Shown one piece after another: positions 12,601-21,160 of a DNA stretch of 64,000 nucleotides; positions within the stretch are counted from its first letter, which is position 1, and each line of letters starts with the position of its first letter. A model generated the notes under the pieces. That model was given only the letters and a program-made list of their open reading frames with translations. It was not told where the DNA came from and did no database searches. Origin of the DNA: an uncultured Rivularia sp. (GTDB lineage Bacteria; Cyanobacteriota; Cyanobacteriia; Cyanobacteriales; Nostocaceae); NCBI GenBank assembly GCA_964395005.1, contig CAYMZW010000002.1:5422-69421 (forward strand), in the 5' to 3' direction. The position numbers were made by a program, and so were the translations under genes.

Positions 12601-13750
12601 TTAAGGAAGCATTTTCTGGAAGGTTTGTAGCGAAGTAGGTAATTGTATCACCATCTGTATCTGTTGCTTGTAGCTGTAATTCCAGGGTTTCTGCTTCTTT
12701 TATTTTGAGAGTTCCTTCTGGGGATAAGTTAGGAATTGGGTTTAGTTGAGGAGCGGTATTGCTATTACGAACAACTATATTAAATGTTTGTTCGTCGCTG
12801 AATGTTTCATCACTATTACCGTTTCCGCTATCGGTAACTTTTACAGTGACGGGATAGGTTATATCTACATTATCCGTTGTTGGAGTCCATTCAACGCTTG
12901 CTTGTCCATATTTTCCTTCGGTTATGGTGACACCTTCAGGTAAACCTTGAATATCAAAGGTTAAATTATCTTGATTATTATCTTTAACCTGTAAATCAAA
13001 TTTCAAAGCTTCCCCAATCACTGCCACCTTGCTACCGATGTAGTTAATTTGCGGTGCGTCGTTTGTACCTTCAACGTTGATATTAAAGGTTTTTTCTACA
13101 TACAACGGTGCTTCGCTATCGCTGCGGATTTCTTCTACTACTAAGGTAAAGCTATAACTACCGCTAGCATCTTTATTCGTTGGGGAAACCGTTAACTTAG
13201 CTGTACCATCACCGTTATCAACAAAGTTGATAAATTCAGGAATTCCAAATCCAGCTTCTCTTTCTCTAACTAAACTAAAGCGTAAATCATCATTTTCTGC
13301 ATCGGTTGCTGCAATTACAAATTCGGTGGATTCCCCTTTATTAACCGATGGATTATCAAAGTCAATAATTTCCGGTGCGCGATTGGTATTGTAAACAGTG
13401 ATAGGTACGGTGACAGTTGTCGTAGCGTTGAATCCGGTACCGTCTCCATCATCTGTTGCTGTAAAAGTGACATCGTAATTGTTTGCAGAATTAAAATCTG
13501 GTGTCCAAGTAAATGTAGCAGTTTCTGCATCGAATGTCGCACCTGGTGGAAGATTTTCAACAGTGTAGGTAATCGTAGCTTCACTACCTTCCAAGATAGT
13601 TAATTCACCATTCGCATTTCTTTCCTGTAATACAAAATCTGGGTTGTCAGCATCAAAAGCAAATGCATTGAAGCGTAACTGCTCTCCTTCTTGAATATAA
13701 CGGCTTCCCAAGTTATCAAATACTGGAGCAGCGTTAGCATTGAAGACAGT
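2..13750 (-). CDS. Distal segment of the giant protein (~4,580 codons, open to the window edge): Ig-like/He_PIG repeats, YD-like region, dockerin-like, YVTN-like propeller, alpha/beta-hydrolase, His-Me nuclease, HExxH peptidase, PKD domains
   Basis: Missing from the ORF track, consistent with having no stop in the window. Hand translation at several points keeps one frame (e.g. PTHTYTTPGSYIATLTVTDSDGGT near 100-170, HELGH, APGHMVP, GFSRG), and no terminated ORF in this frame is listed. Confidence 0.88.
1412..1447. repeat. STRR-like (CACTCCCT)n low-complexity repeat inserted in frame in the giant gene
   Basis: tccctcactcactccctctctcactccctcactccc; a reverse-complement relative lies at 14254-14290. 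Confidence 0.7.
1500..1930 (-). other. Zinc metallopeptidase-like domain
   Basis: DHNANGLGWFIDTTP...YDLLTTILHELGHLAGF; HELGH at 1670-1684. Confidence 0.75.
1982..2482 (+). CDS. Pentapeptide repeat protein, nested antisense within the giant ORF
   Basis: A(N/D)Lxx repeats; typical cyanobacterial N-cap (MNRKELIEQYGNGRRDFRGLDL) and C-cap (FCNTIMPDGSIRNDNC); own ATG and TGA. Confidence 0.9.
   Translation: MNRKELIEQYGNGRRDFRGLDLGSLDLNEVDLSGADFTGSRMNSFLDGANLAGANLTEVSLAEASFVGANLSDAILKKADLYFAKFRLANLTGADLERAELENASFRKANLTRANLTGAVLISVNLRGANLRDTNLRGADLEGVNLKEVFFCNTIMPDGSIRNDNC
2580..3500 (-). other. DNA/RNA non-specific endonuclease domain (NucA/Serratia-type, His-Me finger)
   Basis: HLLLGNP...YLIEKPQYAIAYNRNDNTPLWVSWQL; APGHMVPAADR (APGHMVP at 3122-3142); NVIPQHELNNSPVWERLE; C-terminal SVRELE...YDFFSNIPQEIQ. 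Confidence 0.85.
4500..5570 (-). other. Alpha/beta-hydrolase (lipase/esterase-like) domain
   Basis: VLTHGF (5543-5560); nucleophile elbow LHFIGFSRGT (GFSRG at 5081-5095); MTTLDPHDF; candidate catalytic His in GATHGRV near 4555. Confidence 0.65.
10080..10240 (-). other. Dockerin-like EF-hand duplicate
   Basis: GDINNDGAVDGVD...YDFNRDGGVNANDMQILGSNYG. Confidence 0.7.
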
Positions 13751-15021
13751 TTTTTTGCGGTTTGAGTAACAATATTTTCACCATCGCTCACCGTGAATGG
13801 GATTTCAAAGTCTCCCGCTTGGAAAAATGCGGGTGTCCATTCAAACAATCCGGTGGTTGGATCTAATTTAGAACCACCAGGAAGTAATTTGCTACTATAG
13901 GTTAAATTATCGCCTTCCGCATCGGTTGCTTGTAGTTGAATGCGGACGCTTTCTCCTTCCCTGATGAAGTTTGAAGGAATTGTTTTTAGTTCTGGTAGTT
14001 GATTTGTTGGTGCAACTAGGAAGGTAGCGGCTTGAGTAATTCGTTTCTTACTGTCAGTAACTGTAAACTCTACGTTCTCATAAGTACCAGCACTGCTATA
14101 ACCAGGTGTCCAAGTTAGAGTGCCAGTTTTAGCGTCAAATACAGCACCACCTGGAAGATTATCAGCCCAGTATGTCAGTTTTTCATCATCTGCATCTGCA
14201 TCCGTTGCATCTATTTGTAGTTGTAGGGTTTGAGCTTCTTTTGCAGAGACGATGAAGGAGGGAGGGAGTGAGGGAGTGAGGGAGGGAGAGTTTTGGATTG
14301 TTACAGAAGCACCGCTGATTGCTGTAATGTTGTTAAATACAGGTTTATTATTTCCACCAGCAACGTTAATTGTAAATTCTTGTTTGGTGTAACCACCGCG
14401 TTTATCAAAAACGTATATTTCTACCTTAGTATTTACGTTACTTTCTTGAGTAGGTTGCCAAGTTATTAAACCATTTTCATCAACTGACATTCCTTCTGGA
14501 GCGTCATATAACAGATAACCAAATTCTGCACCATCTGCATCGCTTGCTTGAATTTGATAATTATATTCCGTATTGGCGATCGCCGTAACAATCGGATTAG
14601 AAATAACTGTTGGTGCAGCGTTGTCATAAGGTAGTGTATAAATTCCCGGTGCTAGCTCGACTCTATAAGCATCCGGGTTGAAGACGGTAATGGTACGATT
14701 GGTAATTGATTCACCAACTTTCAAGGTGCCGTTTTCCAAACTATCTTGTAAATCAACTAAGAATGCACCGTTATCATTTTGACCAGATGCTCCTTCTACT
14801 TCACCGTTAAAATACTGTGCTGGATCTAAAACTAGCATCAACGGTAATTGTAAATCTTGATCTGCGGTATTGGTAATAGTAACGTCGTAGGAAACGGTTT
14901 GGTTTTGTCTGTTAGAGCGGGGATTACTAAATTCAAACTCTACTAAATCTGAGAAGTTGGAAACAGCAGTAAATAAAGTGTTATAACCATTCTCCATCTT
15001 CAATCCAGCACTATTTTCCAA
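13600..15021 (-). CDS. Internal fragment of the giant protein (putative Ig/He_PIG, cadherin-like repeats)
   Basis: ATDADADDEKLTYWADNLPGGAVFDAKTGTLTWTP-type repeats. The frame extends up to the IS at 15099; the C-terminal tail after 13750 is out of frame. Confidence 0.8.
   Translation of the reverse strand: MENSAGLKMENGYNTLFTAVSNFSDLVEFEFSNPRSNRQNQTVSYDVTITNTADQDLQLPLMLVLDPAQYFNGEVEGASGQNDNGAFLVDLQDSLENGTLKVGESITNRTITVFNPDAYRVELAPGIYTLPYDNAAPTVISNPIVTAIANTEYNYQIQASDADGAEFGYLLYDAPEGMSVDENGLITWQPTQESNVNTKVEIYVFDKRGGYTKQEFTINVAGGNNKPVFNNITAISGASVTIQNSPSLTPSLPPSFIVSAKEAQTLQLQIDATDADADDEKLTYWADNLPGGAVFDAKTGTLTWTPGYSSAGTYENVEFTVTDSKKRITQAATFLVAPTNQLPELKTIPSNFIREGESVRIQLQATDAEGDNLTYSSKLLPGGSKLDPTTGLFEWTPAFFQAGDFEIPFTVSDGENIVTQTAKKLSSMLTLLQYLITWEAVIFKKESSYASMHLLLMLTTQILYYRKEMRMVN
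14254..14290. repeat. STRR-like (AGGGAGTG)n repeat in frame (encodes SPSLTPSLPPSF)
   Basis: gaaggagggagggagtgagggagtgagggagggagag. Confidence 0.7.
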
Positions 15022-15099
15022 GCTAGGAAGAATATTGATGCTGTATTCCCCTGGATTAATACCGTTGAATTCTAATAACGCAGTACGATTATTTTTATC

Positions 15100-16346
15100 C
15101 AGGACTTACGCAACTGGCACAAGCAATGGTGCGCGAAGCGCACCGAGCGCCTACAAAACTAAACTATAGACATAGCAACGTCTGGGCGTTTTAGTTGCTC
15201 GATTAGATAATTAGAAAGCAAATTATGCTTAATTTTATAAACAGTTTCACCTGTTTTATAGGCTAAATTTTTAAGTCTAAGCCAGACTAACATCGCGCAA
15301 GCGATATGATTTCTTTGAAGACGAGCCTTGCGACATTGACAAGATTCAATACCAGTTAACTGCTTTATTTCTCTGTGAAATTCCTCTATTTTCCAACGAA
15401 TTTTACACACCTGTTGTGTAACATCCATAGAACTTTGAGATAAGTCATTAGTCGTGACATAATCCGTTCTGTCGGTGGAGACAATAACACGGAACAATTT
15501 CACTTTTTTATTAGCAGGAAACCCTTTAATCTTTATTATTTTACCATCTTCTAATTCTTCATTACTCCATTCTAGAGATTTAATATTCTTATATCTTTTT
15601 TTTCCAAAACTATCATCAACTAAGCGATTGGTTTTTAAATGAGAATAATAAATTTTATCTAAACTATCGATATAAAGCATTAACTTGTTGACTGCATACC
15701 ATGTATCCATTAAAACTGTTTCAAAAGGCAGATTTCTTTGATATACAAGACCTAGCAACATATTTTTAACATGGTCAATCTTACTTAAACCATCATTTTC
15801 TGGGTTAAAAATACGATAATCTATTACCCAAAATTGTAATGTTTTAGGATTAACATAAATACAATTGACTATTCCTATCCCCCTGACAACACCATGCTCA
15901 TTACCACTATATTGTCTTCTAACTATCTCTATTTCTTCAGAAAACCTTTTATCTATAACCGTATCATCAAATACAACATAAGCGTCCTCGTCGAGTTCAA
16001 TTAAATCTTTCACATTGTCCCAAAGTAAACGAGGAGTTAATTTTTCATTTTTTAAATAATAATTAATTTTATCATGACTAATATTTTCCAGATGTTCTGC
16101 TAAATTAGTCATTGTATAGTTAATTTGACTACTCAGTAAATATTGGCAATAATTAAGTTTAGTAAATCTCATCGCTAACGAATTTAATGACGCACCTTAC
16201 AATCATTTTCTCATGAAACTTGAACAACAAATTTACTTGATTAATTACTATTAACAATTAAAAAAGAGTTGATTTTACCGATGGGAATAAATAGTACTAA
16301 GTTACTATTAGGTGGCGATCGCAATGTGCCAGTTGCGTAAGTCCTG
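15100..16346 (-). mobile_element. IS701-like insertion sequence
   Basis: Perfect 22-bp terminal IRs CAGGACTTACGCAACTGGCACA; 6-bp target duplication TTTATC (15094-15099 and 16347-16352). Confidence 0.93.
15159..16172 (-). CDS. IS701-family DDE transposase
   Basis: VVFDDTVIDK, VLMDTWY and RWKIEEFHREIKQLTG DDE motifs. Confidence 0.9.
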   Translation of the reverse strand: MRFTKLNYCQYLLSSQINYTMTNLAEHLENISHDKINYYLKNEKLTPRLLWDNVKDLIELDEDAYVVFDDTVIDKRFSEEIEIVRRQYSGNEHGVVRGIGIVNCIYVNPKTLQFWVIDYRIFNPENDGLSKIDHVKNMLLGLVYQRNLPFETVLMDTWYAVNKLMLYIDSLDKIYYSHLKTNRLVDDSFGKKRYKNIKSLEWSNEELEDGKIIKIKGFPANKKVKLFRVIVSTDRTDYVTTNDLSQSSMDVTQQVCKIRWKIEEFHREIKQLTGIESCQCRKARLQRNHIACAMLVWLRLKNLAYKTGETVYKIKHNLLSNYLIEQLKRPDVAMSIV

Positions 16347-19300
16347 TTTATCGTATTTAACCGATAGCGGATTAATAATATTTCCATCAGCATCTATTAA
16401 TTGATAGTTAGCAGGATTAATTACAGATGCTGTATCGTTAATGCTACCTTCAAACATATCCGCGTCGAAGGTAACGTTAATTGTACCTTGTGGTAAAGCA
16501 ACTGTAGAACCAGGAGCGGGGTTTGTTGCTTTAACTTCCGGTGCTAATACTGGATTGAAAATATCAATTTGATTGCTTTGACTAACTAATACTTTTCCAT
16601 CAAGGGTTGTTTCAACAATTTCTCCTCGACTTCCACCAGTAGCAATAGTTATTGATTCTAAGCTCAACGTATCAACCATATGCAATTTACCGCTGTTGTC
16701 GGAAACAAACAGTAAATTATCCAGTTGACTATCCTTATAACCAAAAGCAATCGAATCTACCGGAGAGTCATACTTTACCATCCGTTGTGCTTTTCCATCT
16801 TCGTTAAAGCTAATAACGTTACCACGCTCCGGATAAGTAGTAGCCCATAACTTACCATCGCGGGGATCAATTGCTAAATTATCTACTCGAATATCGCTAT
16901 AGTGTTCAAATTCTTCGGTAACAAGATTAAATACTTCTATTCCGTTACCAGAAGCCACATAAATTAAACCGTTATCGGGATTAATTGCTAAACCAGTAGT
17001 GATACTATCGCCGTATTCCTTGACAATTTCTCCAGAATCTGGATCAAGTTTTATCAAAGAACTACCACCAGTAACTCCCCAAAGGAAACCGTTATTATCC
17101 AAAGCTAAATCAAAGACGGGATATTTCAAGGTTGCAAACGGATTACTTGCAGTACCTCCTTCTTTATCAAAACGGTATAAAGAACCCCGGTTGCTACCAC
17201 CACTCGCGATAACATCACCACCAGGTAAAACGGCGATCGCCATTGCACCAACGTCGGCATGGCTTTGCGGTATATTAGTGGCAAAAGCTTGGGCAGTAAA
17301 CGGACGCAATACCGTATCGAATTCAGGTTTGGTAATATCTACTGCACTATTAGGAGTTTCTGCTTGTGCTTTGATAAATAATTCATTTGTAGATACTGGT
17401 TGAGAAGGTTGAGAAATTGGAATTTCTGGTTTAGTAGTTTCTCCAACCGTTGGTAAAGTACCTAAATTGACCGTAGAACCATCTGAAGGTGGATTTATAC
17501 CTAAATCTGGCTGTTCTCTATTCCCTGCATTATCTGTAGCGAGTGCGAGGAATTCATAAGTAATATCAGCTTTACCGCTAAATACAGCTTCAGTATCGGT
17601 GGTTTGAGAAAGCCAAATCTTAAAGTCACCACCGTTTTCTGCTACATATACCGTAACGTGTTTGACACCAGAACCCGCTTCATCATCAATAGCTTCCCAA
17701 TTCACTAGATAATCGCTACTACCTTTAACGCTTTGAAGATGGGTAGATGGGGACTCAGAAACATCAGTTTCACCGCTCAAAGATTCTACGTTAATCGTCG
17801 TACTAGGTGCTTCACCGTCAACAATATTGATAGTTTCTTCAGTATCAATCGGTGCTGCGGTATTGTAAATTATTCTTGCTTGACTAGTGATTTCTACACC
17901 CGTTGCAATGTCTGCTTTCGGTAAGACAGTATAGGATACAAAAGCTTTACCAATACCCGACTCGTTGTTGGGAAGCAACAAACCAATATTGGTATCTTTT
18001 ACGACTTGCCCAGTTTTGGGGTCAATCGCTTGTAGTAGCCAGGTAACGGTATTGGATTCAATATCTAAGCCAGCACTGACTCTTAAAATAAAGCCTTTAG
18101 CAGCAGTAAAATCAAAGTTTTCTTGGAAGAAACTGCGTCCAGTTGGAATATTTACCTTAATATCACCCAAACGTAAATCTCCAAATTGGAAACTACGTGG
18201 GTCTAAATCTTCATCTAGCTTAGTAACAATCCGCACTTCTCCTACCGCATCGTTAGCAGTAGCAGCGTTTTCAAAGTTTATCGTGTAAGGTAACTGAGTA
18301 TCTAACGGTACAAAATTCTCCCTACCAAAACCAATTGGCCCGGTAAGGTTGGCTAATTCACTAATGGTTCCTTTCTCATTAAAGAAGCTATTGAAAGATG
18401 GTGGGGGTACGGAAACACCTTGAGGTAATTCTAAATTTGCATCTTTGAAAGGTACGTAAATATTAAATGCACTCGTATGAGTAACTCCAGATAATCTTTT
18501 ATCAAATTGCGTTAAATCTGGTATTTCATTACCAGCTTCTAAATTAGAATCATGTCCGTACCATTTTCTAACTTTAGCAAAGAAGTTAACTAAATCACCG
18601 TCGGTAATAATTTCATCACCAGCAGGACCTAATAATAAACCGCTAGTTAAAGTAGCCATCAAGCTAATTACTTTAGTATTTTCTCGGATAGGTGGCTTAT
18701 CATCTTCCGGACGTAGCAATCCTGCTGATTCCAAAGCAGCGAGATAAGAATTTGTCCAAGTTTCTTCCGAGGAAGCAAGATTAATTAACCCAGGAGATGC
18801 TTCTGTATCTGTAAGAATAGCTGTTCTCAACTTCAGCGCTTCTTCGGTTTGTTCTGCAATAAATTCATCCCGACTCATTACCGTAGCAGTTGCGAGAATA
18901 TTGAATTTGAAAGCAATATCCCCACCACCTGCATCTGCTAATAGTCCCGGTTGTTTCTTAACTAACTCTTCCAATCCGGGATAATTTTGGACGTTAAAAG
19001 TACGACCAACATAGCCAGCATTTGGTAAATCTAATACGTAACCAGGAGCAAGAATTCTACCATCAGTATTGACATCGGATATCAAAGAAGCCCAAGGAAT
19101 ATCGTCCGACAAATTAGCTAATGGTTCACCGCGTAAATTTGAAGTAAATTCAACATAAGGTAATTCCAAAATTGGGTTTTCTCCCAACTGAGGAATACCA
19201 ACCTGGAAGTGGACATAAGGTGTATCAATATTAGTCAAACTCTGTAGGGATACACCATAAGTACCAGTTTCTTCCAACGCTAGTACTCTCGGACCACCCA

Positions 19301-20975
19301 AACCAACAGTGACATCTTGTTCAATTGCTCGTTCTACCAAGTAACGGTAAGGTAGAATCGCTTCTTCACCGTCGGGATTAATTACTTTGACATCATATAA
19401 ACCGTGGGGAGCATCAGTGAGGTCAAAGATGGCACTAATTTGCGTGTTATTTACAACTTTGTAATTAACTGGTAGATATTCAGCAATACCTGGTCTAACC
19501 AGCTTAACAACCGCTCCTTCCTTAAATTGGGCACCGTAAATATTAGTACTAACGTAACGGCGATCGCCACCTCTATCGGTAGCAATGTCGCTAATACCAA
19601 AAGGTAATTCTTCTGCAAATAAAGTTACGGGAGAAGAATTACCTTCAATGCTACGAACTAAAATATAATATTTACCTTGCTTGGTATTAGATATAGTCGC
19701 AGTTTGCTTATCTCCAATTATCCCTGTAGAAGCAACTTCATAATTTACTCCAGTAGGTGCGTCACCAAAGTTGACATACACTTCGTTAAAAGCATCTTTT
19801 TCGGCATCCAAGGTGATACGTAAAGTTTGATTAGCTTCTACATCAATCTCAAATAATTTTTCCTGTCCCTCATCTAAATCAATGTCTTCTTTGAGTACAT
19901 TTAATTGCAGTTCTTCAGCACTAATATTAAAGACAGCTTCAGCAACAGAATCGTTATTTAATTCACCAATATCTTGACCTTCGTAAAGCTGATTGAAAAC
20001 ATCGGTGCGGACAATAAAACGATATTGACCTGGTGTAGCGGATGGTAAATTAGCTGTAATATCAGCAGTATAGGTTTCATTATCATTTAAAGCGTTACCA
20101 GTATAGGAATAACGTCCTACAAAAGTATCGTTTATATCCCATTCGCTATCTTCAGAAAGGTAAACAGCATCGCTCCAAAGCGTTTGTGTCGTATTTTCGC
20201 TATCGTTAATTACATCCCATTCAATATTGATTAAATCTCCCACATTTCCAGCAGTAGGAGTAGCAGTTATATTCGTAACTTTTAAATCAACCGCTGGTGG
20301 GGTATTAATAATTAAAGGTTGAACGCTAGGAGTAGCATTATTATTCTCATTTAATCCTTCATAAACTTTACCCCTAACTTTTCTTTCTGGTGCGTCGGTG
20401 ATTACAAATACATAATAAGAACCATCCAAATTAAATGGTGCTTTTAAAGTTTTTTCTACAGAATAACCTTCACCAGGTTGTAGAGTAATATCATCTTGGG
20501 TTACATAACCTAAATACTTATCGCTTTGCAGATCGAGGAACTCATCGCGAGATAGATAAATTAAATCAGTCCAGCTATTCTGAATCTCCGGTGTAGCACC
20601 TACACCTTTATTTTCTACCGTGTATTTAATATCAAAAGATTGACCGATAGTAGCTTCTGGTGGTTGGGTCAAAATTGAAACCGATGTTACTTGTAAGTCC
20701 GCAGTAGGACGTAAGGTAACTGGTAAAGCAATTGAAGCAATGTTGTTATTTTCATCTAGGAATTCCGGTACCCGTGCTAACTTACTGTCAACAAATTCAT
20801 TACGTATGCTAAATTCATCTCTTTTAACTAAATTAGAATCGGTAAATACCAAAAGATTGTAATTACCATCAATACCTTCTGGGAGAATAATATCCGTACT
20901 ACCTTGATAGCTATTACTAACATTCAAGCTACCTTTACGACGATATTCTCCCAAAAATACATCTCCATAATCCAA
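16308..20975 (-). CDS. Internal fragment of the giant protein (CARDB, PPC-like, beta-propeller, Ig-like)
   Basis: DL.VT...W.D.IYLS.D CARDB motifs. The frame is open up to ~21300 and runs into the IS at 16346. Confidence 0.82.
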   Translation of the reverse strand: MDYGDVFLGEYRRKGSLNVSNSYQGSTDIILPEGIDGNYNLLVFTDSNLVKRDEFSIRNEFVDSKLARVPEFLDENNNIASIALPVTLRPTADLQVTSVSILTQPPEATIGQSFDIKYTVENKGVGATPEIQNSWTDLIYLSRDEFLDLQSDKYLGYVTQDDITLQPGEGYSVEKTLKAPFNLDGSYYVFVITDAPERKVRGKVYEGLNENNNATPSVQPLIINTPPAVDLKVTNITATPTAGNVGDLINIEWDVINDSENTTQTLWSDAVYLSEDSEWDINDTFVGRYSYTGNALNDNETYTADITANLPSATPGQYRFIVRTDVFNQLYEGQDIGELNNDSVAEAVFNISAEELQLNVLKEDIDLDEGQEKLFEIDVEANQTLRITLDAEKDAFNEVYVNFGDAPTGVNYEVASTGIIGDKQTATISNTKQGKYYILVRSIEGNSSPVTLFAEELPFGISDIATDRGGDRRYVSTNIYGAQFKEGAVVKLVRPGIAEYLPVNYKVVNNTQISAIFDLTDAPHGLYDVKVINPDGEEAILPYRYLVERAIEQDVTVGLGGPRVLALEETGTYGVSLQSLTNIDTPYVHFQVGIPQLGENPILELPYVEFTSNLRGEPLANLSDDIPWASLISDVNTDGRILAPGYVLDLPNAGYVGRTFNVQNYPGLEELVKKQPGLLADAGGGDIAFKFNILATATVMSRDEFIAEQTEEALKLRTAILTDTEASPGLINLASSEETWTNSYLAALESAGLLRPEDDKPPIRENTKVISLMATLTSGLLLGPAGDEIITDGDLVNFFAKVRKWYGHDSNLEAGNEIPDLTQFDKRLSGVTHTSAFNIYVPFKDANLELPQGVSVPPPSFNSFFNEKGTISELANLTGPIGFGRENFVPLDTQLPYTINFENAATANDAVGEVRIVTKLDEDLDPRSFQFGDLRLGDIKVNIPTGRSFFQENFDFTAAKGFILRVSAGLDIESNTVTWLLQAIDPKTGQVVKDTNIGLLLPNNESGIGKAFVSYTVLPKADIATGVEITSQARIIYNTAAPIDTEETINIVDGEAPSTTINVESLSGETDVSESPSTHLQSVKGSSDYLVNWEAIDDEAGSGVKHVTVYVAENGGDFKIWLSQTTDTEAVFSGKADITYEFLALATDNAGNREQPDLGINPPSDGSTVNLGTLPTVGETTKPEIPISQPSQPVSTNELFIKAQAETPNSAVDITKPEFDTVLRPFTAQAFATNIPQSHADVGAMAIAVLPGGDVIASGGSNRGSLYRFDKEGGTASNPFATLKYPVFDLALDNNGFLWGVTGGSSLIKLDPDSGEIVKEYGDSITTGLAINPDNGLIYVASGNGIEVFNLVTEEFEHYSDIRVDNLAIDPRDGKLWATTYPERGNVISFNEDGKAQRMVKYDSPVDSIAFGYKDSQLDNLLFVSDNSGKLHMVDTLSLESITIATGGSRGEIVETTLDGKVLVSQSNQIDIFNPVLAPEVKATNPAPGSTVALPQGTINVTFDADMFEGSINDTASVINPANYQLIDADGNIINPLSVKYDKQDLRNWHIAIAT

Positions 20976-21160
20976 AGATTCATCTTGAGATAAATAAATA
21001 CGGTCATACCACTGACTTTCTCTAGTATCGCGAGTACCTTGATTTTCTACATCCCAGGTAACGGTAATCTCTTCACCAGATTGCGGTGTACCGTTGGATA
21101 CTCCTACATTACTAATCTTTAAATCAGCTTCTCGGTAAGTAACATCAATTGTTTCGCTAC

